A stretch of DNA of 64,000 nucleotides from Eledone cirrhosa (taxonomy: Eukaryota). Position 1 is the first letter of the stretch. Each line of letters begins with the position of its first letter. A model generated the notes under the pieces. The model was not told where the DNA came from and made no database searches. It worked only from the letters and a program-made list of their open reading frames with translations. The stretch lies in NCBI GenBank assembly GCA_964016885.1, contig OZ024740.1:129580001-129644000 (forward strand). The letters are read 5' to 3'. Both the position numbers and the translations under genes were made by a program. Of the stretch, positions 1-13,938 are shown one piece after another.

Positions 1-1228
1 CAGATCTGACGTCGCTCTTGTTCTGCTACTTCGGTTGCTTATATATAAAATAAAAGTAAAGCTGGTCGTATTATTGCTACTGATATTGTTAACATTGTTA
101 CAATCGTCGACACTGCTCATGTTGTTGTTGCGAATGTTATTGGCGCTGTCAATGTTGCTAATATTTCTTCTGTTTGATATATCTTTTTTCCTCTTGATGC
201 TAGTGATGTTTAATACTAATACTATCAATACTATTTCTCTTGATTTTATTGCTACTTCTGTTTCTCATAATAAAGATAGTATTGCTATCTTTATTGAAAC
301 TGCTGTTGTTGATAATACGAACATCGTTGTCATTTATGTTGATAGTGTTATCTCTGGTATTGCTATTTTTGTGATTGCTAAAATTGATGGTACCGTTGAC
401 ACTGCTCATGTTTTTAACGTAACTACTGTTGTAAATATCTTTTCCATCATTACAATTTGTCTACCTGCTATTATTGCTTCAGCTGTTGCTGATACCGGTG
501 CTGTCATTTTGAATGCCCCTGTTGTTATTATTCCTCATGCAATTGTTAAAGTTTTTGCCATCACTGACATTATGTTTTTTATGATTACTACTGTTTTTTT
601 TTTTTTATTATTCATGCATCATTAGCATTGCACTTCTTGCTATTGCTATCGATTTTTTTGTTTTAATGCTCTTCTTTATGTTGCTTCTCTTGTTGCTAAT
701 GTTGAAGTGTTCTTTGACATTTCTCTTGTTCCTCTTGTTCAAATGATTGCTGCAACTATTGCTACAACTTTTGATATTTCTCTTGCTATTGATGCAATTA
801 CGATTACTTTTGGCTATTGTGCTTATAGCAGTTTTGCGGGTGTTACAAATACTGCTGCAGCTCTCGATATTTCTGTTGCTATTTCTGCTGTGTTGATTGT
901 TCTAAACATGTGTGTTGATGCTACTGCTGATCGAATACTGCAGCTACTGTTACAAATGTTACTGTCGTTACATTGTTTATGGCTAAGTGACCCTTTACAG
1001 ATAGTATTTCCCATCGTAACCGTTCCAGCTATGACTATCCAGCCGGTTTGTTTATCATAGGTTACAATATTCAATGTAGTGCTCCTTATAAGATGTCGCA
1101 GTGTGATATGTGGATATGTGGTAGATTTAGGTAATATTTCTTGAAAATAGCGTGACCCCCTAATGTTTGAATCGTTGGGTTGTTATCGCTCGTATTGCGC
1201 TTGATCTTGCTGCTGCTACTTCTGCTGC

Positions 1229-1229
1229 A

Positions 1230-1279
<50 letters not shown>

Positions 1280-1295
1280 AACTACTACTACTACA

Positions 1296-1353
<58 letters not shown>
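1229..1353. repeat. (CTA)n microsatellite
   Basis: Near-perfect ctactacta run; source of the poly-T and poly-L pseudo-ORFs. Confidence 0.97.
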
Positions 1354-1354
<1 letters not shown>

Positions 1355-1801
1355 CCCCGGCTATTGTTACAGCCGTTGATGTCTTTAATATTAATACTGC
1401 AAATGCAAATGTCGCGGCTTCTAATGCTGATACGGTCTAAGCATATACTATGATTGTTTGCGCCTTTCTGGCTGATGATTGTTGGCAAAGTTTTTATTTC
1501 TTAACATCTAGAATATCTTGCTGGAGCAGACCTGTATTTAATGTATTTGGAACGATGAATATACCGCATTCTAAGGCCTCCAAAGTGGCGGGAGAAAGCG
1601 AGGTAAAAAAGTAACCTGCAATAAGAGAGTTAGTCCGGATGTTTGCAAGAGAATGGAGTCAAATGGAAGAAGAAAATCATGTGCCACGTGGCTAGATTAG
1701 ACCATATGTTGGTTAAAGTCTATCACAGAAATAAGCTGGGGAATTTGAATTCTGAATGACGGAAACATTCAGAAAGGCATCATGTAAGTAGCGCCAACTG
1801 T

Positions 1802-1842
1802 CGCTGCTACTACTCCTGTTGCTGCTGCTGTTGCTGCTGATG

Positions 1843-1934
<92 letters not shown>

Positions 1935-1968
1935 ACTACTACTACTACTACTACAACTACTACTAATA

Positions 1969-2055
<87 letters not shown>

Positions 2056-2330
2056 CTGTTGCTGCTGCCGTTGCTACTACTACTACTACTACTACTACTA
2101 CTAATACTACTACTACTACTACTAATGCTGCTGCTGCTACTACTAATACTACTGCTGCTGTTGCTGCTACTGCTGTTGTTTATGCTGCTGCTGCTTTTGC
2201 TGTTGTTGCAGCTGCTGCTGCTGCCATCACTGCTGCTGTTCCTACTAATCCTGATGCTCCCGATAATGATACCGCTACTTTTACAGGTGCTTTTGTTACT
2301 ATTATTGCCGCTACTGCTTCTCTCCATATC
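1802..2330. repeat. Compound (CTA)n/(CTG)n microsatellite
   Basis: Alternating cta and ctg triplet runs that decay at the right end. Confidence 0.95.
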
Positions 2331-2643
2331 ACTTCTAGCGGTGATTCTACTGATATTTCACCATATTATATATTAATCACATCCTGCCTTACAGCCTTAC
2401 AAAACTCATTTTATAATTGATTAATCCCGAATGTCCCCTGATCCAAGAAATCTATAATCGCAAAAAATACGATAAAATCGTAGGGTGATTTTGCTGCTAT
2501 GTCTAGTGTCTCGTGCGTCCACGTTGAAGCTTCTTTGTCGATGTTGTTATATTTCTTCAATAGTAATGTTATACAGATTTCGAACTACAACCACTAACAC
2601 CATGACTGTCATCAAACTCAACAAAACAATAATATGTAGAAAA

Positions 2644-2694
<51 letters not shown>

Positions 2695-3061
2695 GATGCT
2701 GCAGATGCTGCTAATACTGCTTATGGTACTGCTACTGCAGCTCTTACCGCTAGTGCTAATGATGCTGCTCTGCCGAAATGTTTCTACAGCTGTTACTGTT
2801 TACTACTGCTGGTATCGTTGCTGCCATTGCTGCTAGCATCTCTCACTCACTATTTGCTACTGATATTTCGGGTGACTCTACTACAACCACTGCTAATGCC
2901 TCGATCAATAGTATTAGTAGACTTGATAACGTTGTCCAGCTATGATGTTCATATGTCCGTGTGTTCGTGCGTAACATTTTAAACGACATTAAATATGAAA
3001 CGAAATCGAAGATCTAATCGAAATCCCTTACATAATGGGTTCTGATTTCGGAATACAGCCA

Positions 3062-3245
3062 ACACTTTTGAGGTGGAGGGATAATGTCGACTTCAGTGGA
3101 TTACTGGAGTTTTATCTTATCGACCCTGTAAGAATAAAAAGTAAAGCTAACCTCGGTGGGATTTGAACTCAAAATGTAAAGGGCCATAACTCTATGTCAT
3201 AAAGCATGTTTTCTGACGCTCTACCAACACGCGCAATCCAACGCT
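3062..3245 (-). mobile_element. tRNA-derived SINE, degenerate copy
   Basis: Contains tatcgaccc...aacctcggtgggatttgaactc (reverse-complemented B box), homologous to the cleaner copies at 31149 and 44754. Confidence 0.8.
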
Positions 3246-3844
3246 CCAGAGGAACTTCTTTGGTTGCTTTAATTGATCCTAGTACTTGTGTGGTATTTAA
3301 TATATTATCCCGACGGGAAGATGAAACCATAATTGAAGGAGATGTAACAAATACATCAAAAGGTTTTCCTTTTGAAACAAACAAGTATTCTCTTCCAAAC
3401 CAGAGACTGACGATAATAGTGAGGATTTATAACATAGGCTCATTGTCATCCATGTGAGTAGATACATAATTTCAATATGGTGCCCACCAATACGTTGTGA
3501 GTATTAGTTCAGTGAAGAACGATTAATGAAAAGTGAAACAAACTCTAATAGTTCTTGAAGAATTTTAAATGGGGCATATATCGAAATATGTTTGCTTAAC
3601 AGCTTAGTCGATTGAAACGCTACCTGGACATGGATAGGATTTCTCATGTAGCTGCATTGTTTAAGCTTTATTGAATTTACGTTAAAAATGTGACTATACT
3701 TCATGTTGGCAGACCTAATCGGGTTCTAAGCTTATTAAAATGCAAAGAAATCATACAGGTTGCGCTATTTGAACTAATAGATAATGATTATGATTCGAGT
3801 ACATGTGATCATAGGTCAGCTAATGTAGGACAGACCTGGAGCCT

Positions 3845-3882
3845 AACAACTACTACTACTACTACTACTGCTACTACTACTG

Positions 3883-3918
<36 letters not shown>

Positions 3919-3919
3919 A

Positions 3920-3950
<31 letters not shown>

Positions 3951-3994
3951 ACTACTACTACTACTACTGCTACTGCTACAACTACTACTAGTAT

Positions 3995-4026
<32 letters not shown>

Positions 4027-4030
4027 GTAT

Positions 4031-4117
<87 letters not shown>

Positions 4118-4118
4118 C
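3845..4118. repeat. (CTA)n microsatellite
   Basis: Long, imperfect cta run. Confidence 0.96.
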
Positions 4119-4524
4119 ACGGATGCTGTAGAGGTTACTGGTAATGCCTCTGAAGATAATGAGAGTATTATTTCAATTTTCATAGTCTAAAATGTATAGA
4201 ATAAATAGAACAGATACGGAAATATTTCTATCGAACCCCTAATCCAAGGTTGATATTGGGGAATTAAATGTAAGAACGAAATGAGTTATGGAGTTTAGGT
4301 TAGCAGCATTCTATATTTAATGATTTCTAATAAAGGCACAATAATTCAAATTTTAAGGAATATACGTATCCAGTTTTATAGGGTCAGTAAGAGATTGATT
4401 CCGTTCTTTATTAAACCTGAAAAAAATATAATTGAATTGAAATTAGAAATAATGTCTTATACGTAATTACTGTTAGACATTTATATAGCACTAGTATATC
4501 TTCTTTAATAAAGGGTGCGGATTT

Positions 4525-4720
4525 CAGAACAGGGTTACAAACTTTTTTGCGGGAGGGGTAAGTCAGTAAAAGCAAACCATGTGCGTTACTGATACTTTAT
4601 TTTATCGACCCCGAAAGGGGGAAGCCAAAGTTAACCTCAGCAGAATTTGAGCTCATAACGTAAAGGGGCGTAACTAAATACTGCAAAGCATTTTGTCCAA
4701 CGCTCTACTGATACTCTCAT
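4525..4720 (-). mobile_element. tRNA-derived SINE, degenerate copy
   Basis: tactttattttatcgaccccgaaagg...aaagttaacctcagcagaatttgagctc matches the SINE core. Confidence 0.82.
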
Positions 4721-7700
4721 TCAATCTTCTATCTCTTCTGTAATTATGAAAGTAATCACTCAGCTTATTTGTGAGAGGCGTACAACTGGAGAAAGTTTCT
4801 CTGACCAAACACAGGAAAGTGCTGTCTCTCAGCTCTGGGCACCACCCTTCAGCGGCAGTTTCAGAGCAAGCCACTTCAACTAGGTCACATTCACCAATTT
4901 ATTTAACCTTTCCCTAAATGTATTGGAAGGCTGCTGCCATCCCTCCACGCATTTCTTCCCATTCAATCATTATTTGAAGATGATGTGAGATTCACTCAGC
5001 TCTTATACATTTCCACTTAATCCACCGACAAACTACCTGCCCTTGAGGCACCACGTTGAAGTTGCCTAATGTCACTTTCTTGCTAAAGCAATGAATGACA
5101 ATGCTCTAATTTATATACCCAATATATGATTTAGTCCAGGAAGATGGTTAACTAATTACACTCGATTATATCAACCTAAGAACTTTGCGTGTAATTATTT
5201 TGTCGACAGTGGGAGTATGTCAATCAACGTAAACCTCGGCTATATTAGAACCCTAAAAACGACTACGTAACACCAGGTGTTTATTCTTCCACGCACAAAA
5301 TGACAATAATAATTATGTTATTATAACGAGAAATACGACTGGTGAGCATCAATTACAGGGAAATTTCCATATATTTGCGAGCTTATATTGAAATCGAAAG
5401 ATATAATCTATAACAAAGCGATGGTCTATATAGTGCAGGATTACATTGACCACTAAGGTGTTCACGGTGTACGTTAACATGTTCAACGTACACGCGTTCT
5501 CTTGAGGCATACATCCCACACTCATCTATCTCTCCCACGTGGGATAGCATTTACCACTTCTACCAAATACGCGACAGTGGCTGATCTGTAAAACTTCACA
5601 CGCCCTATCCTGCGAAAACGGAATCTAAAATCAACATGCACCTTAGATAGACTAGTGATTTCTGGAAAACCTTTCTATTCGATTTACAGAGTTTTGTGGT
5701 GATCGATTTAGTTCCAGCTAGCTTTCCACAGAAATCTTATAACATTTTCACAAGTCCCATTGCGCAGACATGTTCTTTAACTTGACCCACATCTGTCGCT
5801 CCATCAAGAAGACCACATAATCTCAACAGCCTGCTATATGTATAGATGCTCTCTTTCCACCAGAAGGTGAAAACTGAATCAGGCACCAGTGTCCAATCAT
5901 GCTAACTGCCTCAGGCATTTATTTAAACAAATCGATCCACATGACCCTACACACATTTCCTCGTCTTTTCTATGAATAATTCCGATATTTTGGGATTCTG
6001 AGGTTTCGCAAACTAGAAGCCCGAGGTCATTCACATATGGTGTACCTTTTCTTCTGTAATCTGCTTCGAACAGGGTACTTCTAAACGGCGATTGATTCCG
6101 TAACAGTAGCTCTGGAGGTAGCACATAACAAACAGAAGGAAAAGGAATCTGATTACTCAAATCTGACCATCTAACCGGCTTCCCTCCAAACGACCTTTAT
6201 ATAGCGATAATATTGGTTTCACAAACCATAGTTTAGTCAATTTCATCATCCTTGCTATTTTATTGGTATCTATGTCATTGACACCAGGAACGATAAAAGG
6301 GAAAGCTACTACCAGTTGGTAGTGAATTCAGCTGATATTTTGACTGGACATTCTTGATTGCAACATGACTGATTTGAAACAGATGCACCGGATCGGACAC
6401 TTTCGGCGGATGGTAAAGCCGATTAAATCAAGCCACTTACTTAAGGGATACTTTACTTTATCGACCTCTGCTGGGTCAAACACTGACAATAGGACTTACG
6501 GATCATCTTGATTATGATGATGAAGCATTGTATTGATTGATAATCTTTGACTTTAGCAGCCAATGGATTTACTGCAACCTCTACTGACAACGTACTTTTT
6601 CATATAGATGTTGACTACAATGGTCCTATTAATGGTGATGAGAATAATGAGGGAAAATAGAGAAGGAACTGGGGAGCGGGTAACATCGGTGGTGGTGGAG
6701 AGGAATCAAAAGGAGTGGTTGCTGAGTGGTTAGTGGATAAGGTAGAGGATAATATTTTGATGGTGAAAAAGACGATATTGATGATGATGTTGGTAAAGGT
6801 GACGCTGATAATGATTATGATGATTATGATGATGAGGCGGAGGGTGGGGGGGGGCATGGTGATGATGATGATGGTGTTGCTGATCATGATTAAGTTATGT
6901 CTGTTAAATATTATGGTTTAGTGAGACTAATATTGATAAAAAAGATCATTATTGAAGGTGATGGTGATAATGATTATGAAGAGGATGGTGGCAGTAATGA
7001 TAATGCTTGATACTGCTAATTATTGTAGTTGTCGCAGCTGATAGTATGGTCATGGTGATTCACTGTTGATGATGATGAAGATTTTTTCAAGGAAAATATT
7101 AATTCTTATCCTGCCAACATAGATTTGGTTTTGGCAGTTTAGTTGAGTGTGTTGTTGGTGTGGTTCGTGGGGTTGCCAGTGATGCCAGTGATGCTGGGGT
7201 ACTTCTGACAATTAGCTAGTTGCGGTTTATGCCAAGTTTTGGTTTCCTTTTGTTGGAAATATAGTTGTCATATTGTTGGTATTGTGGTTGTTGTATCGTA
7301 GTCAGTGTGGACGGGGCTGGTAGTCCTGTTGTTATGGTTCCTGGAGTGTGGTTGATGTGGGCTTGACAACACTATTTCAATATTTATTGTGTGCCAGTGG
7401 TGTTTGCATGGTTGTTTTAACTGTGGGAGTTAAATTTGAAATGTTGTTGTTGGTTGTGATGCTGATATTGCTTTTCCTTTTCTAACTTTGACAATATGCT
7501 TGTTATAGATTGTTTATTTCGGAGGTGTGAATAGTTTCTGGCAGTACGGTTGTTCGATCTTCAGAGTTGTTGTTATGATGCTATCGGTGTGGTTGTAATG
7601 CATCAAATATGTTGGTAGATGTAGTATCAATGTTATCGTAGTGGAATGGTGTTTTTTTATTGGAGTTGCGGTTGACATGGTAGTATTAATGCAGGATTTT

Positions 7701-8280
7701 CAGTGCTGTTAGTGTTTCAGTAACAATTGGTGTAATTTCAGTGATACTTTCTTGTGTTACCATTTTCGCTCTAGTTGTCGTGTAAATTTGATTGTAGCAA
7801 TGTGAATGTGGTGTTAAATGTGTGATTGTGGTATTGATTGTATGATTGTGATAATGCTAATGTTGTTCTTGTGTTTGTTGTGTAATTGTGATATATTCTC
7901 ATCCTTTGCTGAAACAATTAATACTTATAGAAAGAAGAATATTGATTACAACCTGATCTGGATTGTGATCAAAAGGGCCACCCCTTATCAAAATAACAGA
8001 TACGAGTGTAGATTATGCTCCCAGGAACTATTTGAAAGAATGAAATCTAAGGATATCCTATTAAATAAGCGACAGGAATAAATTATATCTTGCAATCATA
8101 GAATTAGAAGAACCTTCAAATATTATAAAACTAATTAATATACACCTTACACTTATATTTTACATATTATAATAATTAGTTTTTTTAATTTAGTTAACAT
8201 ATAATTAGTACTTTACTAGAGATAACTTCATAATGTTATTTCCCTCTTGCAGCTCTCTTTTCCTAAAATTAATACCTAAA

Positions 8281-8613
8281 AGTATACCTATAAATTAATT
8301 TAATTTCCTGTTATGAATCTAGATTCCTTGTAGTTTATATAAGATTGGTAATTTCTCACTACTACCCTTATCCCAAAATGTTACTTTCCTTCGTTTTTAA
8401 CAACACTCTTTAATAATATAAAATTCTTATTTATCACATTCATATGAATTAATATAAATGTATCCCTATATGTATACCTATCAATTAATTTAATTTCTTG
8501 TTATAGATCTAGATTCCTTGTGGTTTAAATAAGATTAGTATTTCTCACTAATACCCTTAATTTAAAATGTTATTTTCCTTCGTTTCTAACATTATTCTTT
8601 AATAACATCAAAT
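8281..8613. repeat. Diverged tandem duplication (period about 190 bp) inside the PLE 3' region
   Basis: gtatacctat.aattaatttaatttc...tctagattccttg...tctttaataa occurs at both 8281-8424 and 8471-8613. Confidence 0.9.
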
Positions 8614-8850
8614 GGTGTGTGTACTCTTCACTCCCTTCACCTCTTCTCATCCCTAAAGTACTATTTTCATTGAAAGTATTCTTTCCATTCAAAACATAAG
8701 TCTGCACTCCTCTAGCCCTAAATTAAATTTCTACTACTACTATTCTATCAACTTGACCTCTAAATACTTTTCTATTGGTCAATTCAAAACCTGTTCCCAA
8801 ACAGACCTTTTATATTAAATCTTTGTTGGTTTTTTTTCAATAAACAAATG

Positions 8851-8986
8851 TCATCATTTCTGAAGACAGCATGTATATGTGAAGGTATGTATATTCCCTC
8901 TCATAGTTTGTAATATTTTTACATAGATCTATATGATATACATACCAACACACATATACATCCTAGAAACGATCGTGAAATTATGA
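8851..8986 (+). ncRNA. Type I hammerhead ribozyme motif, degenerate
   Basis: Stem I tcatcattt/aaattatga; core CTGAAGA at 8860; long stem II atgtatatgtg/cacatatacat; GAAA at 8966; minimal stem III c-gatc-g. The cleavage triplet reads GTG, predicted non-cleavable. Confidence 0.7.
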
Positions 8987-9039
8987 TTTTTTTTAAATAT
9001 ATGGAACTTGTCCTTTGTTTTTATTCATTGTTTTTATTA

Positions 9040-9105
<66 letters not shown>

Positions 9106-10814
9106 AGTGTTACTTGGAGGTACTGCAGGTATATGTATAAGGCAGTTATATTTACGATAATGTAATTGCACTGTAGTTGTGCGAATGTTAGTAATGTTCT
9201 TGTGGTCGTGGGCTATAGCTGTTGCTTTGGTAGTGGTAGAAGGTGTAGAGTGCCCGACAATATGACTTGTTGTATTTATTAAACCACTTTATCTTCCTGG
9301 TTCAAACCTCACCGTCGTTAGATTTGCTTTTCATTTGTTTAGAGACGATAGACCATACGTCTATGGCAATTGCCTCGCGTAAATGTAAGGATGCTTTTTA
9401 GTATTGGTTCAGATCCATTGCTGTCTATGTTTAAATCACACCTTACGTACCATTAAAGGAATTAAATATAGATAACGTACATGAGTGTCTTTAACCATGA
9501 GTAACATATGAGTGTTCAACGCCATTAAAGTTGCCGAGAATATTCGATAGTTGATAATTTTGATATAATGTGTGTTAGTTGAATATAGTTTCGTTGATGA
9601 GGAAAAGTAATTGTAATGTTCATGTTTTTCAGGTGTTAGAAATAATGTTTTGCTAGAGATAGATGTCTCTGGTAAATCTAGTATGTATAATCTTGGTAGT
9701 GTTTTGGTACATGGGTGCCTTCGGTGTTAGTAGTATCAGTGAGGTTTGGCTCATTGACACGATCTTTGTAAACATGAATTTTGATGTCGGCAACGATAAC
9801 ATTTATTATAATGATAATGACGACACATACATAGTTGAGGAGACTGGCGAAGAAGGTAAAAAGATCGCGTTGCAAAAATAGAAAAATGGGTGAAATCAAA
9901 GGGCTGGTGTAAATGAGGGTGATGCGGATTAAATGAAAATGATGATGTCGATGACGATGATGAACCAAGAAGCTGATCACGAGGGATGATTATCGTACTG
10001 ATTATAAACATGACGATGGTGGTGATGCAGACGATTATGTTAACGTAGAGCATCGAAGCATTGCTTGGATGATACACGTGATATTACACATTTGAACAGG
10101 GATGCTGGCAGAGACAACGAAAATCCTCTTGTTTCTGTTTGGCAGTGCATAATTAATGTCTCTATTGAGTAATATGTTATTATTATTGTTCTTTTTTTTG
10201 TGAGGTAAGGTGGGCGTTCAACCAAGAAAATGCGAACTGGTGAATAATCGAATACTGTGAAGATATACTCATAATAATATATCTTTTGCGCATAATATAA
10301 TGTGACCTTTATTTATGTAAAACGATAGAGGGGAATATGAGGGAAACACTGCTACTATCTTTATCACATGGAGAAACTACTTCGCCTCTTTACCTTCGCT
10401 TGTTTGTTGGTTATAAGGATGGGAATAATGGTGTTACTCATCACCGTGGTGTTGTAGATATAAATGGTACAATAAAGGTTATATAGCTGATTAGATTAAT
10501 GAAGATGGCAGTGGTGACTATGAGGTTTACGGGTGGTGAATAAAGTGTATGCTGTGTGTAATGTATACATAAAAAAACATTTGAAAAATGTTGTCATATT
10601 TTCATCTTGAACATTACCACCATCACCACCCACGTCATCATCATAGTCATCATCATTCAACAGCTGTTTTCCCTAGTAGTAATTATGTTTACCGTAGAGA
10701 CAGTAACTGGAAATCATGAGAATAAAATAAAAAGTAGATGATGTGTGTTATATGCATATCTAAAGTTATTTACTATGATTATTGAATAATATATCAGCTT
10801 AGACCATTCCCATG

Positions 10815-10846
<32 letters not shown>

Positions 10847-10879
10847 TACCAAACAATATATACATACACACCATACGCA

Positions 10880-10935
<56 letters not shown>

Positions 10936-11256
10936 GCAACAAAATAGTTGATGGATTGTAGGAGAGGTTACAGCTGCATTTAATTTAGTGCGGTTCTCTG
11001 ATCAATATGAGGAGTAAAAATGTGGTAGTGTGTTGGCCAAATTGAATACTTATTTCTCCCTGCAAATTCAATAATGCGAAGAGAGTTATTGATGCATTAT
11101 TCCAGAATCGTGGTGATCCCTAGTCCTTAGCAGCTGGAAATTACGCCTTTCTTTGCAAGTTGAAGTTAAATTGATACAGATTCATATAAATGCATACATA
11201 CAAGTACTCACAAATGCTTGCATACACACACACACATACACGTGTACAAACTTGTA

Positions 11257-11344
<88 letters not shown>

Positions 11345-11357
11345 TATTTATATATAT

Positions 11358-12018
11358 ACTAGCTGAATTACCCGGCGTTGCCCGTTTTACTGCTGTTCTT
11401 ATTCAGATTATTAAACAATAAATATGAAGATATGTTTTTTTTTTCTCATAATTATTTCAAAATATCTATATTTTATAAAAAAAAGAATATCAACATTGTA
11501 ATGATAATAGGATTTAGAAATAAAATGCTGTGAACGTTGAAGCACCTCTGTGTATGTGTATTTAATAACATACCTAATAAACGTGCAAACACACACAGAT
11601 ACATACATATTCGTATACAAAATGTGACGTCTTCACTCTCACATGCTCTCACACGTTATGTGTATGTAAATGTAGATGCGTGAGTGTTTAATTCTCTGAT
11701 GCCTTACATAAATAACGAACGCACAAACACACACAAAAAGACACACACCACACACACACAAACACTCACATACATACACACGCATAAGCAAAATGTGAGG
11801 CGTCGTCGTCTTCGTAGTGTACTATAGTTGCCTATAAAGATAGTATTTTAGATAAAATGTCATATTGTTTTAATCCAAATGAAAATGAAAATTACATGTT
11901 GACACTCCCGGAGTCCAATACTATTAACCATGTACAATTTGAGTCGATTTGGTCCAGCCGTAAGAGAATGAATAGGAACAGATAGATAGACAGAGATACA
12001 ATGAATGTTATATATAGA
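11358..12018 (+). mobile_element. Non-autonomous Helitron/Helentron-associated (HINE/Lep1-like) element
   Basis: Start actagctgaattacccggcgttgcccg and end ggtccagccg...acagatagatagacag...ttatatataga resemble the termini of this class. Assignment is by recall of those termini only. Confidence 0.55.
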
Positions 12019-12697
12019 AATAAAAATTAAGGAAAGCTTTGTGTTTATGTATATATACGTGTGTGTATGTGTATGTTTGTATGTATGATGAGGATTTCGA
12101 CAAATGTACGCACACACACAGACACACACTTTCTCACTCACACCCCCACTCACATATATACAGACACACACACACATATTTATGCATGCATACAAATACA
12201 AACATACATAAATTTGTACGTACATGTACACATACATACATATAGAGACGTATATATATATGTATGTATTAATGTATATATGTATGTAAGGGAGCTTATA
12301 GATAGGACAACACACGCTGTCTTTTCGTGGGGTAAGTTTTTAATAAATTTTTGTATTCTGAAACATCAAAATACAACAATTTTTCGGTCACTGGACTCGG
12401 GAATGTCACGAAAGAATTTGTGGAAGTTACACAAATATTTTCGTTTATTTTTACCAGAGCAATCCTTATTTATATTTTACATTTTACATTTACTTACATC
12501 TCAATATAACATGGCTAATATTCAAATTTTGCAAAGAGAAGAAAACGGACAAATGAACTAGATACATCTCACCGCCCCCCGCCACCACAATAACATCTAC
12601 ACTCTCTTCACACCATCACATTTACATTTACACATGTCATTACCCTATCTAAACTAAAGTCACCGACCTGTTGTCAAACTCTCTACTCTGTGTTGAA

Positions 12698-12736
<39 letters not shown>

Positions 12737-13065
12737 ATGTGTGTATATGCATTACTCAGTCAAACGACCAGATTTCAACCCCAACATCTACAACAACACC
12801 GGCATTAATGTTTACAGCAACAACAGCTTCATAATGAGTTGAAATGAACATTTACAACAACAACAGCGGCATCAAACGATAAAAAAAAAGTGACCCCCCC
12901 CCCAAAAAAAAAAAGAAAAAAAGAAAAAAAAACAACAAACAAACAAACAAAGACACTCAAAATAACACAACACACACACACACACGCATACAACACAACA
13001 ACATCAACTGCCACCACCACCATCACCAGCGACCGGGCCTTAAGAAAACAACTTTAATAATAATT

Positions 13066-13215
13066 GATTCTACTTTAGGCACAAGGGCAGCTATTAATCA
13101 GTGCATTACTGGTGCTCTCTTTTGTTGACTCCGTGGGGATGAAAGGCAAGGTTGACCTCTGCGGGATTTGAGCTCAGATCGTGGAATGCCGTAGCTCTAT
13201 GCTGTAAAGTAATTA
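13066..13215 (-). mobile_element. tRNA-derived SINE, degenerate copy
   Basis: ggcacaagg...gatgaaaggcaaggttgacctctgcgggatttgagctcaga. Confidence 0.8.
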
Positions 13216-13769
13216 TAATAATACTGGACTGTAATACGAACGGCTTCAACTATACGAACTCTGGAAAGACAACAGTTGACATAATCTTGTAATCTTGTAT
13301 CAGTAATGACGGTAATATATATATATATATATCTATATATATATATATATGTGTATGTATGTAAGTCAGAAGCATGTGTGTGTTTGTCTGTATGTATAAG
13401 TGTTGCTGTGTGCGAGCGTATGTATATGTGTGCGTGCGCTTGTGTGTATGTCGTACGTATAAGTGTCAATAAGTGATTTTTTTTTGCGCGGGGACATAGA
13501 AATAATCTGGCTGGATGCCCGATCGCGCAGTTATACCACTGGGAGTGAAGAACCCCTAACACTTGTCAGGACATTCTTCTAGGAGAAACCATCTCAGGAA
13601 ACTGGGTTAACTCCGACGTAAATCCTGCTACTCAGTAGTTACCGATGATGTTGATCTTTTCTTCTTTTCGGGTTATAGCTACTGTCGCTCAGAGAGTGGG
13701 ATTGGCTCAGTGCACTCACTTTAAAAATATTCGTCACGCACAGGCATTGCACGATTGCATTAATTATTA

Positions 13770-13886
13770 CATCCTCTGTTTCTTGTTTTTTTTACACGCA
13801 GAAATGCCCATTTGTACCGCCCTGTATTGTCCTGTACTGTATTTAATGTCTACTGTATGTAAACCCTTGCGGTTAATAAAGAAATC
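13770..13886 (+). mobile_element. 3'-terminal fragment of the Tx1/L1 family seen at 40772-46836
   Basis: tttacacgcagaaatgcccatttgtaccgccctgtattgtcctgtactgt...aataaagaaatc is nearly the reverse complement of 40772-40880, and is followed by (ATT)n. Confidence 0.9.
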
Positions 13887-13938
13887 ATTAATTAATAATT
13901 ATTAATATTGTATTATTATTATTATTATTATTATTATT

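Larger units (their letters stand above)
7900..9043 (+). mobile_element. 5'-truncated Penelope-like element: GIY-YIG C-terminal remnant plus AT-rich 3' region
   Basis: Translation KNIDYNLIWIVIKRATPYQNNRYECRLCSQELFE..LLNKRQE*IISCNHR resembles the CxxC..LLNKR.E..S.CRH end of Neptune-type PLE endonucleases. It is followed by a hammerhead-like motif and (TA)n. Confidence 0.78.

Noticed and set aside
35-1060. 196-aa and 117-aa hydrophobic ORFs
   Set aside because: Translations of decayed (GTT/GCT/GAT)n low-complexity sequence with no domain motifs.
1167-4190. Poly-Thr, poly-Leu, poly-Ser and poly-Val ORFs (mucin-like)
   Set aside because: Entirely explained by (CTA)n/(CTG)n microsatellites that are open in several frames.
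5440-6190. More GC-rich, coding-looking stretch
   Set aside because: I could not identify any motif or sustained frame; possibly an old transposon fragment.
6615-7890. Met/Ile/Val-rich ORFs
   Set aside because: Eroded (GAT)n/(GTT)n repeats.
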